From Rhizophagus irregularis (taxonomy: Eukaryota), in contig NC_089435.1 of NCBI RefSeq assembly GCF_026210795.1, positions 1,178,001 through 1,242,000 on the forward strand: DNA of 64,000 nt, in the 5' to 3' direction. The translations under genes and the position numbers were made by a program. This document shows, piece by piece, positions 41,459 to 53,770 of the stretch. Each line of letters starts with the position of its first letter. The first letter of the stretch is position 1. The notes below the pieces were generated by a model. It searched no databases, was not told where the DNA came from, and saw only the letters and a list, made by a program, of their open reading frames with translations.

Positions 41459-42928
41459 ATGTCGAAGCTTAATGAAGACGTTCTTATCTTAGTATTAGAA
41501 GAAGTGAAAAAAGATAAAAAATCACTTTATTCATGTCTTTTTGTTAATAGAGTATGGTGTAAAGCGACACTACCAATTTTATGGAAAAATCCTAATCTAT
41601 ATTGTAAATCAAATAAATTATTTTTTAATACATTACTTTTACATTTATCCGAAGAATCAAAAGATAATTTGAAAAATCATGGAATCGAACCTTTTAAGGA
41701 AATTTATAAACGACCTTTATTTCATTACATTTATTTCTGGAAACATTTAAATTTACATTCAATAGATATTACTTTTAATTCTAGGACAATTATGAAAAAT
41801 ATAGGAGATTTTAAATGGAATATTATGCGGAATGAAATATTAAATTTACTTATTAATAGAAATTCAAGTTATACTCATCTTTATATTCACTCAGAATTTG
41901 ATTATCAATTGTATAATAATCCAGGAGTTAAGGATTGCTTTTTAAGACTTCAACACGTTTCTTGTGGTGATAATACAAAACAACATATTTTAGAAGGATT
42001 GGCTAGTATATGTAAATCAATAAAATCATTGAGAATTGATATTGTAATGACCGATAAAAATAGTAATCCCGGACTCATCAAATTAATTGAAGCGCAAAAT
42101 AATTTAAACGTAGTAAATTTTGACCGATGTAGAAATGATAATAGTAATGAAATATATCGTAAAACTCTTGAAGAATCACTAATTAAAAATGCAGATACTA
42201 TTCAAAATTTAACAATAAAGTGGAAACCTATTACTAATATGCTTTTACATCTTGTAAATTTGATAAGTTTAGATATAAATCTTAGTTTTGGTAATCCATT
42301 AAATCATTCCTTTGATATAAATTTAGAAAATGTAAATTTACCCTTTTTAAAAATTCTAAGAACTCATAGGGTTCCATCTAGAAATTTAGTTAGTTTAGTT
42401 GAAAATACAAATGGAAGTCTTATTGAGATTAATGCTCGTAATGCAAATCTTAGTGGAAAGTTTATCCAAGCGATTTGTAATAATTGCCCAAAAATTGAAT
42501 ATCTTAGATTATCAATTAAGGATAATATTTCAGAATTAGGAAAATTATTAATTAGTTGTAAATGCTTAAAAGGATTATATATTTTTACCGATGCACTAGA
42601 TGAATCCAATTGGGATGAATTAATTGATACATTAATTCAATTTTCTCCGATTAATTTATATAAATTTAAATTTACTTCTATCAAGAATCTTAAATTAGAA
42701 TCTCTAAAATTCTTTCTTGATAATTGGGAGAAAAGACATTCAATGTTATTACAAATCGTTTTAAAGGAAAGTTTGAGTATGTTTATGGGAAGTCTAGGGC
42801 GAGAACAGAAACAGCAACAGCAACAGAAAAATTTATTAGAAGAGTATAAGGGAAAAGGAATAATTAAAAACTATCATTTTTCTGGAGAATTTGAAGATTT
42901 TGAATGGATCCAAAAAAAATATCTTTAA
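41459..42928 (+). CDS. F-box/LRR-like (RNI-like) protein, intact single exon
   Basis: MSKLNEDVLILVLEE...LYSCLFVNRVWCKATLPILWKNP; Leu-rich C-terminal repeats (NCPKIEYL). Confidence 0.9.
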   Translation: MSKLNEDVLILVLEEVKKDKKSLYSCLFVNRVWCKATLPILWKNPNLYCKSNKLFFNTLLLHLSEESKDNLKNHGIEPFKEIYKRPLFHYIYFWKHLNLHSIDITFNSRTIMKNIGDFKWNIMRNEILNLLINRNSSYTHLYIHSEFDYQLYNNPGVKDCFLRLQHVSCGDNTKQHILEGLASICKSIKSLRIDIVMTDKNSNPGLIKLIEAQNNLNVVNFDRCRNDNSNEIYRKTLEESLIKNADTIQNLTIKWKPITNMLLHLVNLISLDINLSFGNPLNHSFDINLENVNLPFLKILRTHRVPSRNLVSLVENTNGSLIEINARNANLSGKFIQAICNNCPKIEYLRLSIKDNISELGKLLISCKCLKGLYIFTDALDESNWDELIDTLIQFSPINLYKFKFTSIKNLKLESLKFFLDNWEKRHSMLLQIVLKESLSMFMGSLGREQKQQQQQKNLLEEYKGKGIIKNYHFSGEFEDFEWIQKKYL

Positions 42929-43050
42929 ATAGTTGTTTGTAATCAACGTTATTTAATTTTTTTTTATTCAATATATAAAATAAATATATTATCATTTATA
43001 ATTAAAATGTATTTCTTTAATTTTTGGATTTTAAAATGTTAAAAATAATT

Positions 43051-43274
43051 GTCCGGAGCGAAGCGAAGGACTATATATGTCTACGCACTATGATGATCTA
43101 TGGAAATAACGTGTAAATTTTCAATCACGTGAGTTTCTCTGTCCAGGAATTCCAAGGCTAATCAGCAGAAAATTACCGGAATTCCAAGGCGTTATCCTGC
43201 TAATTAGTAGAATATCGCTACATCTTTATTTATTATACCTCGCTCCGGACTTACAACGGTTCCCGTTTCCTAGT
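43051..43274 (+). mobile_element. Short non-autonomous Helentron/Helitron-like element
   Basis: Subterminal inverted repeats GTCCGGAGCGA (43051) / TCGCTCCGGAC (43240), then a small hairpin ACGG-TTC-CCGT and a CTAGT end. No TSD. Confidence 0.7.
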
Positions 43275-43535
43275 ATAAAATATAGTCCTCGCTTTAATGA
43301 TGCTAATGATGCTACTAACCTGCAAAAACTTTTCCTTTATATATAAAATACAGCCCATCCTTAAGGCATTATTATCCAAAATAGAAATGATCCACATAAC
43401 TTCTAAAAACCCAAAATTAGATATTGATTGATTGTCAAATGACTATTTATTTGTTACACACGTCACGCCAAAAAGTATAAAGTTAATAAAACAAATTTTT
43501 CTTAAGAATTTTTAGAATTTCCATTTAAAAAGAAA

Positions 43536-45017
43536 ATGTCGAAACTTAACAAAGACGTTATTTTCTTAATATTAAAAGAATTACAAAATGACCCAAGTTC
43601 TTTTTATTCATGCCTCTTAATTAATAGAATTTGGTGTGAAACGACTGTACCAATTTTATGGAAGAATCCTGCAAAATTATTTAGAAGTTATAAACGAAAA
43701 TGCAAAGCAAGTAAGAGTTTACTTAATATAATACTTTCACATATATCAGAAGAATCAAGATATAATTTGAAGAATCAAGGAATTGATCTTTTTACAGAAA
43801 TACAAAAGAAACCTTTATTTAATTATATTAGATATTGGAGATATTTGGATTTAAATTTTTTGGAATACTTATTAAACGTTCTTGGAACAAGTATAAATAT
43901 TGAAAAATCCAAAATTTTTTTGATAAAAAATGAAATGTTATATTTATTTAATATAAATACAAAATTTATTTCTCTTTCTATTTCAGCACCATTATCTCTT
44001 ATTTCAGGATCTGAAGATTGCTTTTCAAAACTTGAATATTTTTATTGTAATAATAAAACCAGTAGCAAAATTTTAGAAGGATTGGCTCAAACAAACAAAC
44101 AAATTAGAAAATTTGAAATTATTATTATGTGCGATGATCGTGAAAATTCTGACAATTCTACTGAAGTCGTTAAATTAATTGAAGCTCAAGGAAACTTAAA
44201 AGAAATCAATTTTATCAGAAAAAATTTTTACATGAATGCAAAATCTTATTGTAAAAATCTTGAAGAATCATTGATTAAACATGCAGATACCGTCCAATAT
44301 CTGAGAATAGATTGGGAACCTATTACGAAATTTCTTTCATATCTTGTAAATTTAGTTAGTCTAGATCTAACATATATATGTTATGAACGTGATCATTATG
44401 ATAATTTAAAAACCATATCTTTACCTCTTTTAAAATTTCTAAAAGCTAAACATATCCCATCCAATATTTTGTCAAGTTTAATTGAAAGTACAAAAGGGTA
44501 TCTCGTTGAAATTAGTATTCTTTATCATTATATTTTTGATAAAGGAAGGCTTATCCGGGCAATTTATCAAAATTGTTTAAATCTCAAAATTCTTAAATTA
44601 TCAATGACAAATGAGAATATTTCAGATTTTGAATATTTATTAATTAATTGTCAATATTTAAATAGTTTAGAAGTTATAGGTACAAATTATTTTGATTGGG
44701 ATGAATTATTCGAAATATTAACAAAATCAACACCAATTGGTTTGTTTAAGTTTACTTTTACTTCTCCTATTTCCGATTTGAAGCGTAAAATGAATTCTAT
44801 AAAATTGTTTCTCGATAATTGGAAGGACAGACATTCAATGTCATTATATATTGTTTCATTGGAGGAAGCATACATGAAAATGCTAAAGCAACAACGGCGA
44901 AAATTTCAACAACAAGACAAACAACAGCAGCAAATATTAGAAAATTTATTACAGCAATATGTAGCAATAGGTATAGTTGAAAAATTTTCCATTCAAATAA
45001 GTTATACAAAATTCTGA
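43536..45017 (+). CDS. F-box/LRR-like protein, intact single exon
   Basis: MSKLNKDVIFLILKELQND...FYSCLLINRIWCETTVPILWKNP; paralog of the gene at 41459. Confidence 0.9.
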   Translation: MSKLNKDVIFLILKELQNDPSSFYSCLLINRIWCETTVPILWKNPAKLFRSYKRKCKASKSLLNIILSHISEESRYNLKNQGIDLFTEIQKKPLFNYIRYWRYLDLNFLEYLLNVLGTSINIEKSKIFLIKNEMLYLFNINTKFISLSISAPLSLISGSEDCFSKLEYFYCNNKTSSKILEGLAQTNKQIRKFEIIIMCDDRENSDNSTEVVKLIEAQGNLKEINFIRKNFYMNAKSYCKNLEESLIKHADTVQYLRIDWEPITKFLSYLVNLVSLDLTYICYERDHYDNLKTISLPLLKFLKAKHIPSNILSSLIESTKGYLVEISILYHYIFDKGRLIRAIYQNCLNLKILKLSMTNENISDFEYLLINCQYLNSLEVIGTNYFDWDELFEILTKSTPIGLFKFTFTSPISDLKRKMNSIKLFLDNWKDRHSMSLYIVSLEEAYMKMLKQQRRKFQQQDKQQQQILENLLQQYVAIGIVEKFSIQISYTKF

Positions 45018-45449
45018 TACGTGTATTTTTAAATTTAGTCAAAAATTTTTTTTTTTATTTCTATTTTATGTAAATATATGTATTTATTTAAATAAAGTTA
45101 GAACATGACATTTATTTTATACTATAACAATTTATTCATAATATGAGGTGATAAATTCCCTTGGCAATGAATTAAAATTTAAAATTAATTTATACGAACT
45201 GAGTACACCAATAGAAAATATCTTTCATCCAACATAGAAGTATCAGGTCATGACAATATTCACAGTATTACAAACATTTTATTACTTAGGATCAATGACT
45301 TTGACTAATATTCCCATGGTGTTTACCTTACCAAGTAGAGAATTCGGTGCATTTACTTGGACTTATCCTTTTAGCTCTTGTAATTTTTTAAAATTACATC
45401 ATATCTTTGTAGAATAAAAGCAAGTTTTTTAAATTTTTTAAATTTTCTC

Positions 45450-45476
<27 letters not shown>

Positions 45477-45480
<4 letters not shown>

Positions 45481-47056
45481 AAACTTAACGATGACATTAT
45501 TTTCTTAATATTAAAAGAATTACAAAATGACCCCAGTTCTTTATATTCATTGCCTCTTAATTAACAGAACTTGGTGTGAAATGACTTACCAATTTTATGG
45601 AAGGATCCTGCCAGAGTACTTGAAAAATCGGTTAAAAATATATTTAATGTAAAAATATATTTAATGTAACACTTTCACGTCTAAAGAATCAAGAGATGAT
45701 TTGAAGGATCAAGGAATAAGACCTTTTTGAAGAATTCTTTTTTTTTCTCATATCAATGACCTTATTAAATTATATTAGATATTGGAGACATTTGAATTTA
45801 CTTTTCTTAAATGACGTAATTTCAACATACACCGAAGAAGAATCTAAAAAATATATTTTAGAAAAGAAACAATGAAATTATTTATTAATAATTATAAAAA
45901 ATTTGTTTCTCTTTTTATTTTAGGATCAAAATCACCTCTTATTTCAGGATCTGAAGATTGCTTTTCAGAAATTGAATACTTTTGTTGTTATAGTGATAAA
46001 GCAAACAAATTAGAAAATTTGAACTTTTTATTAACTATAAAAATATTGGCAGTTCAACTGAAATCATTAAATTAATTAAAGTTAACCGGTTAACCAAACC
46101 TTTAACCGGTTAATTAACCGGTTAAAACTCAATCCTAGTCAGCATTAAAATTCGGCCAGGATTAGCATCAAATATATTTTTAATCCCGGCCAAGATTAGG
46201 CCAGAGTCTGGTGGCTAAACTTTTATCCGAAGTCCCGTGATTTATAATTTTGGCCGGCACTGTAAATTTGGCCAGAATTACAAATATTTTCAGCATTTTA
46301 ACCGGTTAATTTAACCGGTTAAAAATTGTTTTTTAACCGGTTAACAAATGTTTTAACCGGTTAATAATTAACCGGTTAAGCTTAACCAGTTCCAACCTCT
46401 AGTCATTTCATAAAAAACTTGAAGAATCATTAATTAGCATGCGGATACCATTCAATATTTGAGTACCTATTACAAAGTTTTTTTCACATCTTGTAAATTT
46501 AGTTAGTATTGATTTAAGATTATATCATGTGAGTGATAATAATATACATCATGGTTAATTTAGAAAATGCAGAAATGTAACTTTACCTCTTTTGAATTTC
46601 TAAAAGTTAAACATATCCTATCTAATATTTTGCCAAGTTTACAAAAGGGTACTACATTGAAATCAGTATTATTAATCATTATATTTTTGATGAAGGAAGG
46701 CTTATCCGGGTAATTTATCAAAATTGTCCAAATCTGATAAATGAGAATATTTCAAAATTTGAAAATTTATTAATTAATTTTAAATAGTTTAGAAGTTGCC
46801 AGTAAACACGGATTTAATTGATTTAATTGGGATGGATTTTTCAAAATATTGACAAAATCTTCGCCAATTAGCTTATTTGAGTTTAAATTTATTAGTTTTA
46901 TCTTTGAAATCTTTAAAATTATTTCTTGATAATTGGAATGAAAGTAATCCAATGATATTACAGATCTCTTTAAATAGAAATAACGATAAAATGCTGGAAG
47001 ATTTAATGCAAAACTATAAAACAAAAGGGATAATTAAAATATATGACTTTTTTTAA
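45477..47056 (+). pseudogene. F-box/LRR pseudogene with many frameshifts and a MITE insertion
   Basis: Nucleotide similarity to the 43536 gene (TTTTCTTAATATTAAAAGAATTACAAAATGACCC; TTATTTCAGGATCTGAAGATTGCTTTTCA). The ATG is lost in a poly(A) run. Confidence 0.85.
46078..46401. mobile_element. Truncated hAT MITE sharing its end with 13934-14296
   Basis: Right TIR GTTCCAACCTCTA and TTAACCGGTTAA arrays. Left TIR missing. Confidence 0.8.
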
Positions 47057-47603
47057 TATCAAATTAAACTTTTTTTTTTAAATTATATATTATGCAATAA
47101 AAAAATTATCATATACTAATTTTCATTACCTAGTTGTGTTATCCTAAATAAAATCTTAACAAAAGTCGCGACTTCTTAATTAAAAGAATGAAGAAATTTG
47201 TCATCATTTAAACAGAACTTATTTTATAGTATTATCCCATATTACTTAATAGTACTTATCCATTAATTAAAAAACTCAATAAATTTGCGCCAACTAAAAT
47301 ATATGTTAATGTTGTAAGTAGGAATTTCTATATTTTTTTTAAAAAAAGTATTTTAAATTATTGAAGCATCCTAACTTAAAAGGCTGAATTTCTGAATTCC
47401 ATTATATCAATCAAATTTTATATTCATTATAATCTGTTTAGTGCCAATCACGTCTTATCACAATTTGCAAAAAAGGCAACTAATTAAAAATCATTTGGCT
47501 AATTAATTTTTAATTTTTTTGAAAAAATTTGTAGCATAGATGAAGAAAGCTAAAAAATATATTTTGAAGTTATCATATATTTATTATAAAGAATTTTCTA
47601 ACT

Positions 47604-47720
47604 ATCACCGGGAGGTGATGATCACCGGTGACTGAAATTATGACGATCGACCAGCATTAAAAAATATAGTGCCGGTAAAATTAATAATTCTGGCCAACGG
47701 TGATGATCACTCCCGGTGAT
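47604..47720. mobile_element. 117-bp miniature inverted-repeat element
   Basis: ATCACCGGGAG(G)TGATGATCACCG ... CGGTGATGATCACTCCCGGTGAT. Confidence 0.7.
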
Positions 47721-49261
47721 TTGAAGTAAAAAAAAATTATTAAAAATTTGTAGTGGAAATTTGTTATTTTATAATAATTGCTTCGCTTCCTTTTCTCTTT
47801 CCTATCATCTTTTTTGTACATTACATTTCGTGACCGGTTTTCGTCAGAATTTCCTGGTATTTACAAATTCTCACATTTATTGCAAACTAATTAACTAAAG
47901 TGTCATGAGTACAACAAAATCCTACAATTAATTTTACCGAAATTTTAAGTATTTCTTGTCATGATTCCAATCCTAACCGCAATCTCATACCGTAATTTTT
48001 CCTAGTGTTTGAAAAAATGACGCCATATTTTTTGGCGATTAAGTGAATAAAAAACAATAATAATTTTTTTTAAAAAAATTTTCTCATCAAAAAAATGTCG
48101 AAAAGTGCAAACAATTCTTTCTGAGCTAGTATAATTTTTTCTTGTTGATGCAATGATTTATTTGAATAAAATGTGGGAATACGAATCAAATAAATGACCA
48201 GATATTCGCTAACGAAGTAAATTCAGAACTTAGTAGTATTGATTCTAAATACGATAATAATATATATATAGTTTTTATTTTAAAGAAAAAAGACAAGCTA
48301 AGTTTGATTTGTCAAATTGCAATAAAGAATATGATATAAATACGATTTTAGATTTTTAGTTTGTTCATATATTTACTTTGGGTTTGTTATAATTGGTTTG
48401 TCCCATTTAAGAACATCATCTGATATCAACTGACCTGTTCGGTACTGTTGAAATGGTACAAACATTTATTTCTATATAGAGTATGTAAAATATTGCTCAT
48501 ATATTTTAAGTTTCAAAATTAATAATTATGTGCTACAAATGATTTTTATTATAAGGTTCATAATAATCTCTGTAAGAAATAAAATAAACAACGCAATTTT
48601 GGTTAAAATTTTTCAGGATTATTATGATACGAAGAAGGATATTATCAAAAATTGCGTATCGTAAAGTTATTTGTTTGGGAAAAATTCTGACAAATGATCA
48701 TTTTTTTAGTTTTCATTCCAAAAAAACTCCGATATGTGGTCTATTGACAAATAATGAGACCTGGTTGTGTTAATAATAAAAAATAATGGATAATAGTGAT
48801 ATTAGTTGAGTCATTTTCTAAACATGGTTTGATGTTTCACATACTAATAAGTAGTAAACTCATATCAGTCTGACGATAAATATAAATATATATATCTTAT
48901 GTTAAAATTATTCATATTTACTATAATTGACTAATAATAGGCTTTTTCGATTCAGGATTATTCATGTTAATGTGTTATCATATGACTCATATATTCTTAC
49001 AAAGGTTATTAAAAGATGACATAATAAAAAAAATTAATTATGTTGAAACATTCCAGAATAAATATGTAAAGTCATATCAGTCTGACAAATTATGCTAATA
49101 ATAGAAATAACCAAATGTGGCTAATTAAATAGTAAAGTCATATCAAGTCATACTGCCTACAATATTTTTTTTTGTTATTTAAGATGCCCTCCCCATGATA
49201 TTTATTTTTTTTTTAATTAAAACAATATTATCTTAATCAAAACAATATTATCTTAATCAAT

Positions 49262-51197
49262 ATGAGCACATCCAAAAACTATCCTGGTCAAAATGGTAAG
49301 TCCTGTAAATAGTATTTTGGCATAGTATTTTGGCTTGTAATATTTATTAACCAACCTATCAACCTTTTAGTTCTTATTTCTTACCTAAAGGAGCGAGGCA
49401 ATAAATCATCATACCATGGTTTTTTGGATTTACATCATGATATCATTGTTACCTCAACATTCTCAGAAAACTGGAAGGATCTTGATAATTCTTGGGCTAC
49501 TCATTTCATGGAAGAAGCAGAAAAGTTGAATTTGGAGGCATTGAAAGAAAAGGTGTGTTTTTTTTTTATTTTGCAAATTAGGGTAACTCCTAGGCGAGTC
49601 GAGGAATGGATAACGTGAGTTGGAATTTCCTGGTTTGACTTAGGAGAATTACTGGGTTGTTCGCTTTGGTAACCAATCCATTGCTCTCAATTCAGGCATC
49701 CTAACTTTGTCATTAGTAAAGTCTGCTAATTCTGGAGGAGGAATTGGCTATGTACCTTCTTTACTATTAAATAAAATTTAGCACACTATTAACAATTTCT
49801 TCTTTCTTGTAATAGATAAATATAGAACGTTTACAACGTAAGAGAAATTTACAAATATTCTGGCAAGAAGTTATCAAAGAATATTATGAAAAAGAAAATC
49901 TAGTGCCATCTATTACGTCTAAGGTTACTTCTACTAAAGATTTTTCTGAAACATCTCAACAAAAAAATAGTGAACTTATTAACTTCTGTTATGATATTCT
50001 TCATGAACTTGAAAATAAATCTTGTGCTTATCCATTTAAGTATATTAATAAGGCAGATAAAGTTATAAAACATCCAATAGACTTGTTTACTATAAATTTA
50101 AAGTTAAAGAATAATCAATATAAAAGTTTAAAAGAATTTGAAAAAGATGTTCGTCTAATATTTCGCAATTGTTATACATATAATAATGTTGAAAGTGAGA
50201 TTTATCATTCAGGTGAAGTACTAGAATCTGTTTTTAATAAAAAATGGGCTAAAAGAATTATTCAAGTTAATAAACAAAAGGGGTTAGATTTGAAAAGAGC
50301 AAGAGATGATGCTGATGATACAGATGAAAATTCATCTACTGGTAAATCATAATATATATTTATATTATCTTTTTTGTATTTATATTTTTAAATTATACTT
50401 AATAAATATGTATATCAAATTATATTTAATTATTAGAATACTGGAGAAAACAAAGCCGAATTTTGGAACAAAATAAGAATAATTTAGTATATAGGCAGGC
50501 TGTTGATGATGCATTTCTCATTGCTTCAGCTTATGAAAGCCTTATTGCAGGCAATGTTGTACCTTTCATTAAAATTCTAAAAACCTTTTTATTGACAAGG
50601 TCACAAATGTCTTTATCTTCAGCAGATGAGCCTGTACTTCAGGTAATTGTGGAAAATTTACTGCCACCAAAATATTGTGTTCCAGAACTTGCATTGGTAA
50701 TAAATGGTAAAAAGTCAAAAGGAACAGGTCGTTTTGGTTTTTCAGATATTTTTGTCTTGAGTAAAACAGGAAATAATAATGTTAGCTTAGAATTGAAATA
50801 TATTTCATTAATTGGTTTGATAGGAAATCAGAGAGATAATTTTAATGCAAATGATCTGGAAAATCTTGACAAAATTCTTGAAAAGGAAGATGAAGAATCT
50901 TTATTAAATAGAACATATACATTTTGGTTAAAAGAAAATAAAAAAACAAATAAAATAACTGTAGGTGAAGTGTTAAATAATGGAATAAGCCTATTAAAAC
51001 AGTATATGAATACAATTTCAAAAGGAAAAAATGTTAATTATTCCAGTTCAGGGGTATTTGATAAACATGTTAAAATAACTGCATCAAATAATCCTAATAA
51101 ACTAAAAGGATTTGTCATATTAGTGGTTGGTTTTCGTCATATTTTATGGAGACCTGTAGAAGAAGTAATAACTAATTATACATATAATAAGGTTTAA
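49262..51197 (+). CDS. Bromodomain protein with a C-terminal PD-(D/E)XK nuclease-like domain (exons 49262-49295, 49371-49552, 49816-50341, 50437-51197)
   Basis: Three GT-AG introns join the ORFs in frame. Bromodomain IKHPIDL...DVRLIFRNCYTYN; C-terminal PEL...GFSDIFV...LELKY. Confidence 0.8.
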
Positions 51198-52381
51198 TAA
51201 CAGCTAGCAATTTAATGATAGTTCTAGAATTAGTAAATTCATAAATTATATATTTATTTTTACTAAATATTGCTAATTAGTAATTTAATAATAGTTCTAG
51301 ACATCATAAATTATATAACTAGGAATTGTTTGTGAATTTAAAATTCATCATCATTGATAACAATTATAAAGTAAATATCAACATTTATTATTATTATAAT
51401 AATCATATATTAGCCAAAGCAATCATATAATAAGGATTGGTGCAAATATATTGTATCCTTATTTCCTAAATCCTCATATTGATAAAATTAAATAAAAAGA
51501 ATCATCATTAATACAAAATATTAACATAATAAATAAATAATTATAATAATAATAATCATGTATCAACTAATCAACTATATATTTGTCAATAAAATAACTT
51601 ATAATGAGTCATAATTATTAATATTTAAAATAAGATGAATAATTACAAACCCTGATTTCTAATTTTCCATTTATTCTTTACAATTATTAAGAATATCGAC
51701 ATTTAGATAACAATGTTATTAATACAGTCATTATTTAATAATTTATAATAAAGTAACCAAAACATAAAGATCTTTAATTGACTTATTGAGAAGCATTCAT
51801 GGCTGGACGTTAAGATTTCGGTAAAAAAAAAAAAAAAAAAAGAATGCCTCTTAGGGACCGTGATAGAACGAGTCTACTACAAAGATTACTCAAAATTAAA
51901 ATTTGACGTCATCCGTACACCTCAACAAGTCGAACGATGGAACCGCCTTACGCGAAGTGTCCTAAATCACCCAAACACCTAGTGCTTCATTTCTACATAA
52001 ACTCCTTTTTAGATTAAATAAACTTCCATTAAAATAAGATTTTTGATAATTATTACTTTAAACAATTTTAACGCACATCAATTTAAATGAATGTACTTTT
52101 ATATTAATTCATTTAATGAATAAGCACGAGTATTTTGAATCAGATTTTGTAGCAATTCCGTCGAGTAGCCAAATTAAGTAATTTATTAACACCCAGATAA
52201 TCATTTGTCATAAATTTACAACAATTGTGGATATTTTTTATGTTGATCATTTGTTGATCATTGTCAAAAATTTTAACTCCGGCAAGAAATTTTTTGAATT
52301 TCAAGAAATTCTCTGTTGCCAATCATTCCCTAATTTACTATTGATCTAGCCATTTTGGTAAAAAAAGGTTCATTTAATCTT

Positions 52382-52455
52382 TAAGTACTTAGTACTTAGT
52401 ACTTAGTTCTTAGTACTTAGTACTTAGTACTAAGTACTTAGTACAGTACAGTACA
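52382..52455. repeat. 7-bp microsatellite (AGTACTT)n
   Basis: About 9 copies followed by AGTAC repeats. Confidence 0.9.
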
Positions 52456-53723
52456 TTGAACAATCATTATGGAAACTTTTTGCGCTGAGTTCTTCTGTGC
52501 TACTAAAAATCATTATTGACTTGATAGATCATGAAGAAATTTACATTTCTTACTTTTATGTTGATCATCAAAAAATTTTTTTACACGAACAAAAAAAATT
52601 TCTAATATTTTCTAGTGAAATTAATTAATTATTTTATTAGAAAAAAAATCAAAAAAAAAATGGGAACTATTTAATTTTAAGCAAAGATATTATTTATTTT
52701 AGCAATAAATTAAAAAAAAAATTTTTATTTTACGGGATAAAAAAATATGAACATTTTTAATTTTAATTTAACGTGGTAACACAGGCAATTAATTGATTTA
52801 CGTTTTCGCATTTTTTTTATGAAAATTATTAATAAAAAACGTTTTTACAACATTTCTGTTAAAACAATTAAAAAACATTTACCTACTTTTTTTAAATAGG
52901 TCACTTTTTATAATTTTTTAATAATAGAATAAATTGAGCAATTTTTATTAAAATAATAAAAATTTTTTTAATTTAGAAAAAGAAATTGGCCAATTTTCTA
53001 TTGAAAAATAAATTTTTTTTTCAATTTTTATAAAAAAAATTGCCCAATTTTTTATCATAAAAAAACTAGCAGCTACTTACTGTTAATTAGCACCATATAC
53101 CAATATATTATTATTAAAAAAAATCACCAAAAAATTTTATCATATCTATTGTCCTATAAAAAATTTTCTGGGTAAATTCCAATAAATGATCATTTTTCTA
53201 GTTTTCATTCCAAAAGAACTCCAATATGTGATCAATTTTCTAAAAATTTTTTATAGGATTGTTATTAAAAAAAAAAGAAACTTTTTTACAAATCTCATTA
53301 AATATAATCTATAGTTATAAAAAATTTTTATTAATGGTAACTAAAAAGAATCTTACTAAAACATTAATTATCTATTATCAATCTATCATTAATTAAATAG
53401 AAAAAAATCTTGGAAAATATTTTTCATAATGATCTAAGTAGGACAAACTTGGGGTTCTGGGACAGCGGCTATCACATAGGTCTAACCATAATTTAGTGTA
53501 CCCTCAGACCACCTAGCTTTGTTTTCTGATATGATAACACTATACCTATTTTTCTATCCCCAGACCACCTAACCTTGATTCCTGATATGTTATTACTTGA
53601 TAGCTAAAAAGAACCCCAAACGTTGTAGATAAGATTAAAATCATATATTCCTAAACATTATTACCACACATGGATCTATTCCAGGGTATCATAATTTTAT
53701 GCTATATCAGATTGCCTTTATAA

Positions 53724-53770
53724 GTGCTATCAGTATTACAGACACGAAGTGTCTGTAATACTGATAGCAC
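53724..53770. other. Perfect 22-bp hairpin with a GAA loop
   Basis: GTGCTATCAGTATTACAGACAC-GAA-GTGTCTGTAATACTGATAGCAC. Confidence 0.97.

Noticed and set aside
51800..52330. Poly(A) run with a GC-richer segment and a 60-aa ORF as a retroposon or RNA gene
   Set aside because: No TSD, tRNA-like fold or recognisable motif found.
52382..52455. (AGTACTT)n as a telomere or the Polinton terminus
   Set aside because: Not a TTAGGG-type repeat, and separated from element-like sequence by ~1 kb of ordinary AT-rich DNA.
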